A DNA stretch of 63,982 bases, filler included, from Sphacelaria rigidula (Eukaryota): the NCBI GenBank assembly GCA_964200075.2. It is 9 parts of 9 records of this genome, joined end to end, with 100 filler letters (N's around TTAATTAATTAA, not from the genome) between each part and the next. Parts side by side here need not be neighbours in the genome. Positions count along the whole stretch, not along the records: positions 1 to 7,022 come from CAXNAA020016919.1; positions 7,123 to 14,143 come from CAXNAA020016921.1; 7 more parts are not named here. One strand, given 5' to 3'. Shown one piece after another: positions 1 through 12,565 of the stretch. The notes beneath the pieces were generated by a model. That model was not told where the DNA came from and did no database searches. It saw only the letters and a list, made by a program, of their open reading frames with translations. A program made the position numbers and the translations under genes. Within the stretch, counting starts at the first letter, position 1. Each line of letters begins with the position of its first letter.

Positions 1-483
1 TCCTCCCTTTCGGGCAATCAGGCAGAAAAAATCGTGAATTTAGTGATTTTGAGTCGTGATGATTTGTCCTAACCATGAAATATAACAAAACCGATTCGAA
101 TGAGGAGCGGCCTGCGTCCACAATTTCTGCGCCGCTGTCTCCAATAGGAAATCGAGATGTCTCAGTTTTCCGATTGTGGAGATTTCGGTCTCTCCCCATA
201 GTTTCTCCGATTGACCGATGCAACCCCAGTTTTTCCCCGAACAGAAAGCAGTAAAAACCAGGAAACTCGGTAAACAAACGCGTGGGAGGGGGGAAGCGTG
301 AGAGAGATGAGCATTCGACTCCCGGGTAATCAGCGCCATGCGTTCAAAACGGAAGATGGCGTGTGGAACGCTTCTCGATATGCAAGCAACAGGAATCCTT
401 ACGCTTTCGCAAAGCATACGAGTTACCATTGCGATTTTGCTCGTTGTGGGACATGATGTTGCTCGACAGCTGACCTACGTGCT

Positions 484-780
484 TCAGACTACCCGCTGTA
501 TCTGCCGAATGAACCAGTGGATGCTCCCCTCGTCTGTGTTCATGTCCATCTCGTTGAGCGTCAGCGGTGGCCCACGACGGTATGCTAGGTGACTATTGTG
601 AACAGCACGATATTTCATTTCACGCCAAACGCTCTCAATGCCCTGTGAAGTACATGCTGTGCGCCAAGACGAGGGCAGGTTCACTGCTTGCGATCCTCAA
701 CCATGGGCAGCACTTGTGAAATCAGTATGTACCCGTGATTGCGTCATTTTACTGTACATCCCTGGGGAACACCGAGATCG
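484..780 (-). pseudogene. Degenerate Merlin (IS1595/ISXO2-like) DDE transposase fragment
   Basis: Minus strand reads RVHTDFTSAAHG*GSQAVNLPSSWRTACTSQGIESVWREMK, resembling the Merlin/ISXO2 pattern IHTD...VNH...HTQxIESxWxxxK. Contains an in-frame stop. Confidence 0.5.
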
Positions 781-2101
781 ATGTTGCTTCACGTATCCTT
801 GAAGTACGAGAGACAAATCAGTACGCTGGACGTTTTCGCTTTGAATGAACAGCACATCCATGGCCTAACTGCGCTGGTCGATCACAGTGGACAGATGTTG
901 TGCCGGAAAGTGCAATTGCTGATGCGACCACACAATACTGTGGGGTGTTATTGCATGGCACGGCACTCGTCATCGCTGTCGGGTACCATACATCCACAGT
1001 TTATCCTCAGCCAATCAGGCCGCGGCTGCGACAATATTGTACGTTCAACACTCCGAAACAGAATGCTCGGACTCTTTGCATCATGCACCCCATGCGAACA
1101 TTGCCACCCCACCGCCACCACTACCACCACCACCACCAACAACAACAACAGCATCCAACCAGCACGTTGAACAAACGTTCAAAGAGCGATTCCATGTTAC
1201 TCAAGTATGCAGGCAGACTTGAGTAACACATTGTACTCTACTCACCAGAAGCTAAAATACACAAAAGTAAGTCTGCCATATACAAAGTACATACTTCGTA
1301 CACTACATGCAGATGCGCAGAAGATACGTGGATGTTAGAGCACCGCGAAAGACCCGTTGGCCTGTAAACGCACGAACTCCATCTCCGTCTTTGCCTCGCC
1401 ACCGCGGGCGTTGGCACGAGCAGTTGGAATCTGCAGCTGCTGGGCCGGTGCCGTGCCCAAGCCGGGGTCCGCGCGGACCGAAAAACGGTCCGGCCCCGTG
1501 GTGTTCTGCACCCTCGCGACCACGTGCATAAATCTGTTCACGAAAACAGTATCGTTTCGGTTGGAGAGGGTAAGCGGTAGCAAATAACTTAACAGTATGA
1601 GGCGGTCGGGCGCGCGAGCGCGGGGAGTGAAGGTGGTGGGATGTCAACATCTACGAAAACGGTAGGGAAATTGCGCGGAGTCAAGTACTGGACAACATCT
1701 GCGCTCGGACGGGAGAGACGGAAGTGGTCCCTCTTGACGGTATACGAGCTCGCGCTTTGCACGTCACACCGCCGAGCGCTTGTCCAGGAGGCACGCGTTA
1801 CTGTGCCGCCGTATCACAAGATCGTGCCGTGCGAATGGTCGATGGGGAAAATGTGCGCAGTAGTCGTGGTTCATGAACCGCAGGTGGGAAACGTGTGCTT
1901 TCGAAGTAGACCGCACACATCATCAGTACAAAACAAGTGTGAATGACGAACCTTCTACGGATCACATGGTTAATTCATGCAAAGCTGAATATGGACGGAT
2001 TGTTTTTCATGCCATCCTACGTGTGAAACTATCAGCCAAATTCAACAAACGATACCGGACTGCAGTTGCGCGAACAAACGCAATCAACGCTTTTCACGTG
2101 A

Positions 2102-2520
2102 AACACGGGATTTCACGAATTTGGGATGGATTTGTTTTTGAGGATGAGAAACTCGGAGAATGAAAATATTCGTATCCATACCAATTCTTCGAAATAAGGT
2201 TCAGTTCCTTCACTTGCTGGTAGCTATTGACAACCACTTCACGCCATACAAATTCGGGATCCCGATAACCGACATTTTGGGGTCCTAGGTGAAGAGACAA
2301 ATTCGTGGAATTTAGATGGATGGGATCAGATCGTCGAAATTCCGCAAAATCTTGGGTATCGGGATCCAATTTTGTATGGCGTCTAGTGGTCGTCAATACC
2401 TACCAGTAGGTGAACGAACTATATCTCGAAGATTTGGTGTGGATACTGTACAAATATTTGAATTTTCCGGGTTCTCATCCTGAATAACACACCCATCCCC
2501 AATTTGTAAAATCCCGTGTC
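2102..2520. mobile_element. MITE with ~90-bp imperfect terminal inverted repeats
   Basis: Left end acacgggatttcacgaatttgggatgg... is the reverse complement of the right end ...ccatccccaatttgtaaaatcccgtgt. Flanks gtga/atga are a possible 4-bp TSD. A partial copy lies at ~47985-48068. Confidence 0.75.
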
Positions 2521-3022
2521 ATGACCGGTGTTACGCGTGTCTTGCCTACGTGTCCCACTTCCTGCAGCGATTCAAATATGACTACGAGAGATTCCCTTCA
2601 CTCGAGCCGTCCTGTTCAAGGATGATTATGCTAGAGTATTTCCCGGGTCGAAGCCGAGCATGTGAGGTTTCCGATGTTACCGTCTTGTTCGACGAGGGGC
2701 ACATGATATTTTCCCGGCAAAGCCAATCATGTATTATCCGTTTCGACAGAGCTGAATACGCCGAACAGGGTCGCCATTTCATGAGTCTACATTCAACACG
2801 ATGCGTGCCGTTTCGCAGGGGGAAAGTGAGTGCAGTTTTATCTATTTTTTGTGGCGGTTGCAAACATGTTGCGATTCGGGAAAGGTATGTCTCGGTTCCT
2901 GATACTTTACAGATATCCAGCAGTGTACGTAGTACCCACCAGGACTGCATACTCGTCGTTTCCCGGCTAATTCGAACATGGCTGTGCGAGGATATCGATT
3001 CAAAGATGGCCGTGTGGGCTCT

Positions 3023-3186
3023 TGACGTTTCTCGTCCGGTTCAACGATGGTCATGTGAGAGTCGTGCCTTTCGAAGATGGTTACATGAGAGCTTGCCTTG
3101 CACGTGACGTTTCTCGTCCGGTTCAACGATGGTCATGTGAGAGTCGTGCCTTTCGAAGATGGTTACATGAGAGCTTGCCTTGCACG
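3023..3186. repeat. Perfect 82-bp tandem duplication
   Basis: tgacgtttctcgtccgg...gcttgccttgcacg occurs at 3023-3104 and 3105-3186. Confidence 0.95.
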
Positions 3187-4656
3187 CACACAGCCGTGGT
3201 AAAATCAAGGCAACGGTATATGCGGAAGGAGATAAACTCACTCGAGGCCTTCGCGATACCCATGCCTTCCGCTGAGGATGAGTAAGGGCCACAAAGTGCT
3301 CGTCCAAAATTAAGAACCATGCAAAACATCTCGACAACAACGATCACGATGAGGGCGAGATGGGTGCGCACAACACCCCTTCCATAAAAAACTATACTCT
3401 GACGTCAAGTCGTAAGTAACACTCTTCAGTCTTGCAAAATTGACGACAAGCGAGGGTACGTATGAACGACATAGACAAGGGCATAGCACCAGCGCATAGA
3501 CAAGTGTTTACATGCGCTAGAGTATACCCTGTGCACATGAAACTTGAGAAAGCTCAACAAGAGGAATCCGAATTGTCCACAATACGTCCGTAAGGTGAGA
3601 CCATCAAACACATGCCGTATTAAGTATTACGACAAAGGACAATTCTCAGTGACTCTGAAGGTCAAACAACAGGAATAAAACGCCCCCCCTACCCGTAGTA
3701 CCTGCCGTACAGCGCCAGAAGACTCCTATCCGAAATGGAGCACGTGGCGACCACACGAACCGCCTCTGCGACGCGGAAATTTTGGCGGCTGGAGTAGTCT
3801 GCACTACACCTCGCCGTCGCTGTCATTTCCACCCCATGATCCACAACAGCCCCCACAGTGCTTTCTCGGTGTTGTCCAGGGAGGGAATTAGTGTCATCAG
3901 TTGGATCCCCTTTGGTGGGAGTCGAAACTGTGGCGGCCAATGGTGGAACCGCTACGGTTGCTGCGGAAACTGAAGCTGTTGTGCCGGCGGCACAGACACC
4001 TATTGCAGGCCTCGAGCGGTCGAAATATTCTGCCGTGTCCTGTTCGGGAGATAAGGTATAGCATTGTCATTTGGTTGAACTCTGTTTGGCAAAGTGAAAC
4101 CATCAAATTGCCAATTGCTGCATGTGCGAGGAACCCACAAGTGTCTCGTCGAGAATCGAGCACACGACCTAGAGGGCAGGAATACCACGAATAACGTAAG
4201 CTCACTTGTAGTAGCGCGAGAATCCGAAGCGCTGCAGCCACCCCCCCGCCGGAGGCGGTCACGCCACCGGAGGATGCGTTGCTGGCATGGCCGCCGCCTG
4301 CCGACGTGTCCACTATCCTATCCAAGTCGTCCACTGTAGGGAGGGAAAGCGGTGCGCCCGGGCGGGCGGAAGGGGGAGGGTGAAGGGGAGTGATCGACGG
4401 GTGCTGCTACGCTGAGCGCTCTCGAAACTGTGAATTTTCGTCTCTCCACAAAGAGTTAATGTCTTCGCGCTGGTGTACGTATGTCCGTTCTCAGGACATG
4501 CGCGGACCATGCATAAGGAGCTGGAGATGTGTCCAACTCTCACTTGAGAAGAAGCAACCAAACCGGGGGGCGCTCCGACTCACAGACCACAGCCGAGGCT
4601 TAGCTCAACGGCCAGCCAAACATTGTGACAAGAAGTAGTAGACTTTCGACACATTT

Positions 4657-5333
4657 CAAAACATTTCACTCGTCGGACAGATCAGCTTCCTGTAGCTCGA
4701 GCTAGCTCTTTTTTAGCGTAGCTCCCTAGTGAGCTATGAGAGCTACGCACGTTTGCCCTAGGTGAGCAACCAACTCGTAGCTCATCAGCTCAAATTTGCC
4801 CTGGGTGAGCTATGAGAGCTGCATGGGCTACGCACGTTTATCCTGGATGAGCTATGAGAGCTACATGAGCTACGCATGTTTGCCCTCGATGAGCTATTAG
4901 AGCCAGGTGAGCTACGCCGGGTTTGCCAGCGGCAAGCTAGGCACATGACGTGAGTGAGCTATGAGCATTTGTTCCCGGGGTGAGCTTTCGAGTGATGCTT
5001 ATCCGTATAGTTTTCCTTGGGTGAGCAATAAATGCTGCGTGGGCTACACGTGATTTTCCTGGGTGGGCTATGAGAGCTACATGAGCTACACATGTTTGGC
5101 CTTGGTGAGCTACCAACCCGTGGCTCATCAGCTCATATTCGCCGTGGGTGAGCTAAGAGAGCGACAGGAGCTACGCATTTTGATCCTGGGTGAGCTACCA
5201 ACCCGTAGCTTATCGGCGCATGTTTACCTTGGGTGAGCTATCGGGCGTAGCTCGCGTGTACATGTTTGCTACAAGTAACCTACAGCTCGCAGATGAGCTA
5301 GCTCATGAGTTGCCCGACGTGTGAAACATTTTG
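4657..5333. mobile_element. MITE-like element filled with a degenerate GAGCT-rich minisatellite
   Basis: Imperfect ~23-bp inverted ends (aaaacatttcactcgtcggaca / tgcccgacgtgtgaaacatttt) enclose many copies of gggtgagctatgagagctac...gtttgccc. Confidence 0.7.
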
Positions 5334-6689
5334 TAGCGTGCGTGTTGTCGGGTTATTTTTGATGAATATATCCGACGTAAGTGTCGAGAGGAACGGCCGA
5401 AACATGAAACCTTGGACCAGCTTCACGTGGAATTTCAAGGCATATCCAGAGGTCGCAATCTTCGACTTCTGGATGACAGAAACGGGAAAGATCAGACGTC
5501 ACAAGTGGGAAAGGGGCAGGGGGGGCACGTTAATGTAATCCGTTCCAGGTGTTGGAATCGCCAAGTATAAGGTAGTATTTTGAGAGCCGAATGGTACCCC
5601 GAAAATAGTACCATGAGTATGTCTGGACATACGCACCCGACTCCAAGTAGTGAGCATTCAAGCGGCTAATTCTCATGCCGCAAAACACACCTATTCCGCC
5701 TTCATGATAAATTTGCAGCGATGATGGACGAGGGAATCGCGAGGGGGGGGGGGACTCAGTAATACCGATCAGTCCACGAACGCGTCCGACACCTGCGATT
5801 AATGTCGGTCGCTGTTCCACTGGTAGAGTGTGCAGGCTGCCCAAATACCACGCTAAGTCATCTCGCGAGCGGACGTACTTGAGTCCTATTCGGCCGAGTG
5901 CAGACGCTTCCCACCCTCGAAGTTCGTCATGCTGACCTGTTCCAGCGATGACCAGCACGAACAAACTTTCGATTTCAAATGTCGGTTGGGGGGGAACGTG
6001 CTCTTATTTTGCAAGCCAGTTGTTGCGACATTTGACAACGCGTCCTCGAGGCAACGCAGCATTGTTGTCATTAGAACAACCTCCCGTGGTTATACCTATC
6101 CTTCCTATTCAAATATCACCCGTAGCTCATGACCACCACTCCTACCCTCACCTATGGCAAACTCCCCTGTCTTCTCAGACCGATTGGTTAATAGCGCCTG
6201 CAAAGTTGACACGATTTCGTGTCTCCAGAGACTCCGGGCAGTGCGTAGGTCGGCCCATATGTTGTCTTCGATATCGATCGATCACTTCACTTGCGTTTAC
6301 ATTGTTCAGGACGATCGCTGTGTCGTCCCTCACCCAGCCAAGTGCTGACTCAACTGTTATGCTCGTACGCGTCGAGGGCCCTAGTAGTACAGCTTCTACT
6401 TGCACTGCTCCCACGTGGATCACGCTACTAGCCCTCTCGGAACACTCACCCCCCCTGTGTACGTTACTAGCCTTCTCCGCAGTCTCGTAGCAGGGAAAAA
6501 CAAATCGTCGAAATGGCTGTCCTGATGCGCGTGTCGAATTGTCGTCGAACAATATCGGATAAAGCGTTCTCACTCTGTCTCATGTACCGCGGTCAATTAC
6601 TTTCTGGGTGTTTGCGTTTTACTTTCAGAGCTTCGAGAACCCTACGCCACGATACGTACACGGGTCACCCCGCGCCCCCCGCCCCCCCT

Positions 6690-6793
6690 GGCCTGGTCCG
6701 TCGAAGGCCCGGCGTGCTCCGTCCAGGCATCGTAGGGATGCGAGGTCAATGGTCCTATGACTATGGCATGCATGATTATGAGTACACCCCCCC
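6690..6793 (+). mobile_element. Non-LTR retrotransposon 3' fragment, family A (C-tract associated)
   Basis: gcctggtccgtcgaaggcccggcgtgc...gggatgcgaggtcaatggtcctatgactatggcatgcatgattatgagtacacccccc, preceded by a C-rich tract. Homologous to the other family A copies. Confidence 0.8.
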
Positions 6794-7022
6794 GCAAATT
6801 TTACGCGCGTTCGGCCCATGTATCAGATGTGGTATGCTCGCACTTCGAATGGTTTTACATATCTGAGTGACTGTCAACAACACGTCTAGTTATCGTGTAG
6901 ACGAGCACGACAAGCGCAACCGTTTTGGGCGGGGGGGGGGGGGGGGGGGGGGCTACCCATTTGTTTCTTGCTTTTGTCATTCTACCCTTTAGCACCCTTC
7001 CCTTTGCAGGAGGGGGACTTGT

Positions 7023-7122
7023 NNNNNNNNNNNNNNNNNNNNNNNNNNNNNNNNNNNNNNNNNNNNTTAATTAATTAANNNNNNNNNNNNNNNNNNNNNN
7101 NNNNNNNNNNNNNNNNNNNNNN
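7023..7122. other. Artificial contig spacer (44N-TTAATTAATTAA-44N)
   Basis: Exactly 100 bp with a six-frame stop linker. Identical spacers at 14144-14243, 21265-21364, 28385-28484, 35505-35604, 42625-42724, 49745-49844 and 56864-56963. Contig lengths descend 7022, 7021, 7021, 7020 (x4), 7019, 7019. Confidence 0.98.
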
Positions 7123-7664
7123 ATTCCCTCTCTCAACCACCCGTATATCTCCAGGTGTTCTTCCTCGTCTACTTTGCGTCTGAGCGCTCCTTTTTCCCTT
7201 TCCATTCGACCCAGGGGTCGGCGATAAGCCCTTGTGAACTTCAAGGGCTCGCACGAGTTTCACACGGTGAGCATGACATCTTGCCAAGGAGCCAACTGAT
7301 TCAAAGTATGTTATGTGAGGATGCTTATTTGGTGGTCCGTGTTGCGCCCATCCTCGGTACATCTGCGCATGCCTTACCGTCATGAAACACAAGTGCAGCA
7401 GCGCTGATCCTTTCAGCAGGATAAGCGCAACATTACACGTTAGCGAACTGAACGACTGGCCATCATCTTGTTTTAAATGACGTTCTCGAAGTTTTCCAAA
7501 AACTGTGCACTCGTTGTAGAAGCAGATTCGGCACCTGACGAAAACCCCATATCAACACCTGCCAAATAATGCATGACTCAGTCCGTACGCACCACAGTGT
7601 ACTGCACTATACTGCACAATACAATACTATACTACACTACACTACACAAAAGCACTCTTCTTAC

Positions 7665-7842
7665 CTAACCAAAATTGTTTTGCTGGTCCAGATTGCACGA
7701 GGTCTGCGCCTTGCTGTCTAAGAGGATAGCAACAACCCGCAGCGTACTCGACAATCTGCGCGGGGAACTCGCGTTGAAGATACACCGTGTCGGACACCGT
7801 CATTTCGAGCCAATGATCAAATTTGTGGATGCACGCCGTCAC
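7665..7842 (-). CDS. TPR-glycosyltransferase, downstream exon (3' end of gene unresolved)
   Basis: tag|VTACIHKFDHWLEMTVSDTVYLQREFPAQIVEY...; phase-0 acceptor. Possible donor gtaaga below 7665, otherwise the frame reads through to a stop at 7642. Confidence 0.72.
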
Positions 7843-8871
7843 CTAGTGAAAACAAACACGAGAGGTTGAGGGCTATCAGGGGGGTGTACCTGAATATTAT
7901 CAACTCCACCCTGCGACTAGCATGAAGCCATCAATCCCAGCCCCGCTTACGGTGATCAGCAGTCCGGCAGCAGCTGCAGCAGGGATTGAGGTGAAAGATG
8001 GCATGGTGGAGTACTGCAATATGGCGATTGAAGGGGAAAAGACATACTTCACATTCTAACTAGACGCCCGGAATACACTCGAGCCGGATGAGTATTCAAG
8101 GTAACAGAAATATAATAGTAACATTCGGGTGATTTTTCGTCGATGATATCGACTCAGTTGGCCTCCTTCAACCCGCGACCAACAGTCAGCATCTGCAGCA
8201 GCGGAACACGACGTTGCGCTCTTCTTGGCAACTGGGGTTTTGCACGAAAATCAAGACAACGAGAAACTGCCCTGAAATCACCGGTGTTTACCCTATGATC
8301 GAGAGACAGCAAGGATTTGAAACTTGTTCCGAGATTCACACCGGTCGAGTCAATCACCAAGGCAAGACACGCTCTCTCCTTCGGAGAGCGGGGTACGCTC
8401 GTTCTTGTGAACCCCCCCCCCCTATGCACGGTCCGATGTACACTACAGTGCATGCAAAGTACTTGGCAGATCAAACTAGGGGTTTGAAGCCATCTACACG
8501 GCGGTATGTATCATGCTTGAGCTAGACTTTTCGGGTTAATTGGACATCAGTCATGTCGTCTGGCGCAAACTCTAACGGTCACAGGTGGTATCGTCATTTG
8601 TCACAGATACGACTGCAGGCAGACTGTGTACGCGTCCGCAGGTGGGCAGCAAATGTGTTGGCTGCTATTTACGAAGTAGACACGGTGCAGATTCCAAACG
8701 TGGCAAGACACCCGAGATGCTTGGGAGCGCGAAAATAGTTCCACACTCGTATGGCGTTTTTTTTGTTCCATCTCACAGGCGTGCTTCTCTACGGTTGACG
8801 GGGGGGGAAACGCCCTTACTTCCCACGTACCACATGAAAACACTAATGAAAGCGATATGATCATCACTTAC

Positions 8872-9109
8872 TGTGGTATACATATCGTGCAGCAGCTCGT
8901 ATATCGCCCCAACAGTCATAGATTGTCCGTCTTCCGCGGCGTCCCAGGACATGATGCTGCTGTTGATCCCTGCAGATCGGCACTCGTTGCTCATGCCCGC
9001 CACGGAAAGGGCAGCGAACGGTCCCGAATATGCGGCGATATCGTCCAAACGTCCCGAGATTACGGTATCTAGGTCGATGTAGAGCACGCGGCCCGTGAGT
9101 CCCGCTTCC
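8872..9109 (-). CDS. TPR-glycosyltransferase, DxD-motif exon
   Basis: cag|G-EAGLTGRVLYIDLDTVISGRLDDI...GINSSIMSW...MYTT|gtaagt. Splice phases match both neighbouring exons; carries the DLD metal-binding motif. Confidence 0.88.
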
Positions 9110-9470
9110 CTGGTTTCCGTGGAGAGGAGATTTTTAGTACGTGTTGTGGGGGACAAAAAACGGTCGAACACCAACTTTCGGATTGTGTTCCTTTGATGTA
9201 CACTGTGGATCATACTACTTTTCCGAAAAGAAGCAAGGGTCAACACCAGTTTCAACTGCACATCTAATTTAATTCAATGCATATACACGTACACACATGA
9301 CGAGGACACTTGAAAACATACCGACAACACCGCTCTCTACACGCCTCAATTATGCGTACTCCTGTTATAGCACAGCCTGCCCCCAAACCGATACGACGAA
9401 GACAGCGGATAAACATGTTGTGCGGCAGCGGCTACAAGTCACCCTCGCGCGCAGGACGCCGCGGCTTCAC

Positions 9471-10240
9471 CTGGAGAAAAGAAACGCCTTGTTCCACCAG
9501 CCGGACCACTCGCGACATCGTTGCCCCAGCAGTCTGGGCTCGACCCCCTCGATGCTCCGCAGCGATTCCACATCGTCCGTGAAACACACGAACCCGTGGC
9601 GCCATTTCCGAAGATTTCTGCTCACTCCCTTCGCCAGTCTCTCCACGTACTCCACTCCGTACTTATCGCCCCATCGCACACACACCACCGTCAAGTCAAC
9701 CTCGTGGTTGCATGTCCCTCCCGGCGCATCATCACGAGGAGCATCGACGGTTGCTCCTGCCGCTCCTGCTGCTCGTCTTGTGGTTGTTGTTGCTGCGTCA
9801 AAGGGTTTGGGTTCTTCGATGACTGCTGCGACGGAAACAGTAACACGGTCGATGGAGCCTGTACAACCGCTGGTCTCGGTGTTGTTGTTATCGTTATCGT
9901 TGTTGTTGGTGGTGGTGGTGGTTTTGCTGTTGCTGCCTTTGTTTCTGTCGCTCTCGTCTGTACTGATAGCCGCGGTATAAGGGGTGCAAACACTAGCAAC
10001 GGCAGGGACAGAGGAAGGGTTTCGACGTCGGCTGGTGTCGGCCGCCGTCGCTGCTTCTGCAGCAGCAGTACACAGTGCAGCGCACGTGTGGTACGATGAC
10101 GCACGGATGCCGGTCGAGGGTAACCGCTTCAGTATCCACTGCCAAGAAAACGCAACAGCCTCGCCCTGCCTCCCAGCCATCCTCAGGGCCGTATTCAGGT
10201 TGTACAAGGCCGCAGAGCATTGGGGGTTCTGCTTGAGTGC
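9471..10240 (-). CDS. TPR-glycosyltransferase, exon with last TPR, low-complexity linker and start of the GT-A domain
   Basis: cag|ALKQNPQCSAALYNLNTALR...VDLTVVCVRWGDKYGVEYVERLAKGVSRNL...FVCFTDD...GWWNKAFLFS-AG|gtgaag. The WGxKY...CxTDD...GWWxK pattern is typical of a bacterial/phage GT-A family. Confidence 0.88.
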
Positions 10241-11269
10241 CTGCACCGCCCCCCCGTCCCCGCCCCCCGGGCCGAAATGCGCACCAGTTGTGGGAAGCAG
10301 TGAGTATAATAGCTCACAAGTTGGCGTGAATCGTGAAAAATGGCGCCAAAGAGGAATCACTACATACTGCTACTTGTCTTCTGGCTGTGTTACGGTGTAT
10401 CGCGAAATGGGGAAGAGAGATGGGGAGAATACAACAATCAGCGTGTACGAGACACGCCATACGAAATCGTTCAGAAAAACCTCGAGGCAATCATGCATGA
10501 TGTGCTGGTCGAGCGTTCGGTAGCTGTGAAAAAAATGTCTCATACGATCCTGATCTCGCTTCACATGCATCGATCCTTGGTCCTTCGCAGCACAATAGCA
10601 TTACGTGAAGGTGTGCAAATGGGTGGGTTGTGCGGTTGTGTATCAACGGCGTGATGGGAAAAGCGCGGCTAGAAGTCGATTCTCACCCCCATCTCCACTC
10701 CATACATCCGAAACCTTTCCTCTGCTGTGCAATGAGGCACTTACATTCCGTGCAGGTGATGTCATTGACAAACTGGAATACGAGCGACGGCCCCAGATTG
10801 TGTCACTACCAGGAGGCGTTTTCTTGTTTTTTGGCCTGCCAGTGCCTAGCCCAAAATCGTACTTTCAGTGCAGAAATGGGGCTCTCAGTCGCCCCATACC
10901 CACTCTTGTATTGATATCAGCACTAGAAGGTGAATCATTCATATGGAGCGAATTGAGTATGCTATCCATCCTAGCAGACTAATCGACGATAATGTGTACT
11001 CCTTAGACAGCGTGGGATGGGCGATACTCGATAATGTGTTATTGGCTTACCTCCTTCGGTATCCAGGTACGACCCAAGCCCCCATGCGTGGCAATTTTGC
11101 AAATATAAGAGCACGCAACAGCGTCTGGCTGACCTTGGATCTTCCTGAACTACACGTGAAATGGAGGGAAGGAATAAAGAAATCAAGACAGTACTTGATG
11201 AATCGTAAATCTGGTCGTGGCCACTTTCAGCGGCATCTCCCAACAAAACCCATCGCTCAAATTTATCTA

Positions 11270-12012
11270 CTAAATATGACGTATATATGATGGTTGAAGG
11301 AAAGAGGAGGGCAGGCCGACCCGCAAGGCGCCTACAACATTGTATCACCGACTACTGCTCATACTTCGGGATACACGAAACATCGTGGACGCAGGTTGCC
11401 CAAGATGTGTCCGAATGGTCTCGAGTTGTAGAGGAGGGGGATAGTTTGTGTATGACAACGTGGACCAAAGCACGCCAAGCTAAGGAGTTGTTTGACGTAC
11501 TGCCTCTAGAGTTCCCCCGGCGCCGACCGAGGACCTCCAAAAAGTAACCTGTAGTCCATTCGGGCAGTACTCGCTGCCGCCGTTCTCCGAACAGCTGTGG
11601 TAGTCGTATATAAGGGTGCCTGGAGTTGTTTTTTTGTTTTTTGAGTTGATCCCGAGCATGTTGGCCATACTAATCTCCTTGTGTCATCTGTCTTTCCCTG
11701 TTTTGTCTTTTATTATCTTCTCTCGTCTTTTCTTTCGGTGTACACTTTTGACAGATCTGACGTTTGTTGTTTGCGTGTTTGTTGTTTGCGTGTTTGTTTG
11801 TTTGTTTTTCTTCCTTTTCTCTCCCCGTTGAATTCGGGGGAGCTACTTCTCACCGATTTTCGTGGCGTCTCTCTTCTTTTTTTTATTTTTGGTAATATGT
11901 CTTGTAAGGAATAGCAGGAAATGGTATTGGAAAGGCGAGCCTACGTCGGTGACCACGGGTTCGCGAGATCGGACAAATGTGCGGAAATAATATTAGTAAT
12001 AATAATAATAAT
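11270..12012 (+). mobile_element. RTE-clade LINE 3' fragment with (TAA)n tail, intronic
   Basis: MVEGKRRAGRPARRLQHCITDY...GIHETSWTQVAQDVSEWSRVVEEG matches the RTE ORF C-terminus (GxRxxGRP...W..AxDRxxWR). Followed by a T-rich 3' UTR and taataataataataat at ~11997-12012. Confidence 0.75.
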
Positions 12013-12044
12013 GCTTACGCCATTTCCATTCATGACTCACTCAC

Positions 12045-12237
12045 GCTGTAACAGAGACTAATCGCACGCTCTGCTTCTCCTGAGCGCATGAGTAAGCCAG
12101 CACCATTCGCCGCGGCCTCACCCATAGCCGGCTCCAGGGCAAAAGCTCTCGAGAAGCAAGCCAGCGCCGTGGCGGGGTCCTGCTTCAGGGCTTCCAGACA
12201 CACACCGAGATTATGGTGACCCCGCGGATCTTCGGGT
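12045..12237 (-). CDS. TPR-glycosyltransferase, TPR exon (further upstream exons not resolved)
   Basis: cag|A CCC GAA...TAC AGC|gtgagt. Translates PEDPRGHHNLGVCLEALKQDPATALACFSRAFALEPAMGEAAANGAGLLMRSGEAERAISLCYS (TPR consensus) and joins in phase 0 to the exon starting at 10240. Confidence 0.85.
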
Positions 12238-12489
12238 CTGCAGTAGTGATGGAATGAACAAATGGGATCCGACCATTCATCAGATCACATCTGGTGTACA
12301 TGGGGCAATGATTTGCAGTGATACCTGGGACTTTTGTTGCTTGTTTGTCAGATTGAGGCTGAATTGGGTTATTTTTGCATTCATTCTCGGTTGTATTACA
12401 AGCAGATACGATTGTTGTATGATTGGATAAAATCAGCAATGCCGCCCCTTAATGTCCAACATCTCGGAGGAAAAATAGCCCTCGTTTTC

Positions 12490-12565
12490 GCGGTGCTCCG
12501 CCTCGAAAGGGATGCGTGGTCCATGACCAAACGACTGAGGCAAGCGATAAATGAGTACACACCCG
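12490..12565 (+). mobile_element. Non-LTR retrotransposon 3' fragment, family B
   Basis: cggtgctccgcctcgaaagggatgcgtggtccatgaccaaacgactgaggcaagcgataaatgagtacac matches the 3' end of the long copy at 56255-56720. Confidence 0.8.

Noticed and set aside
7067-7078. Recurrent TTAATTAATTAA motif as a regulatory or PacI-like site
   Set aside because: It is always centred in N-runs and is an artificial linker.
9297-10523. Several plus-strand ORFs of 90-227 aa
   Set aside because: They are antisense shadows of the GC-rich TPR-GT exon.
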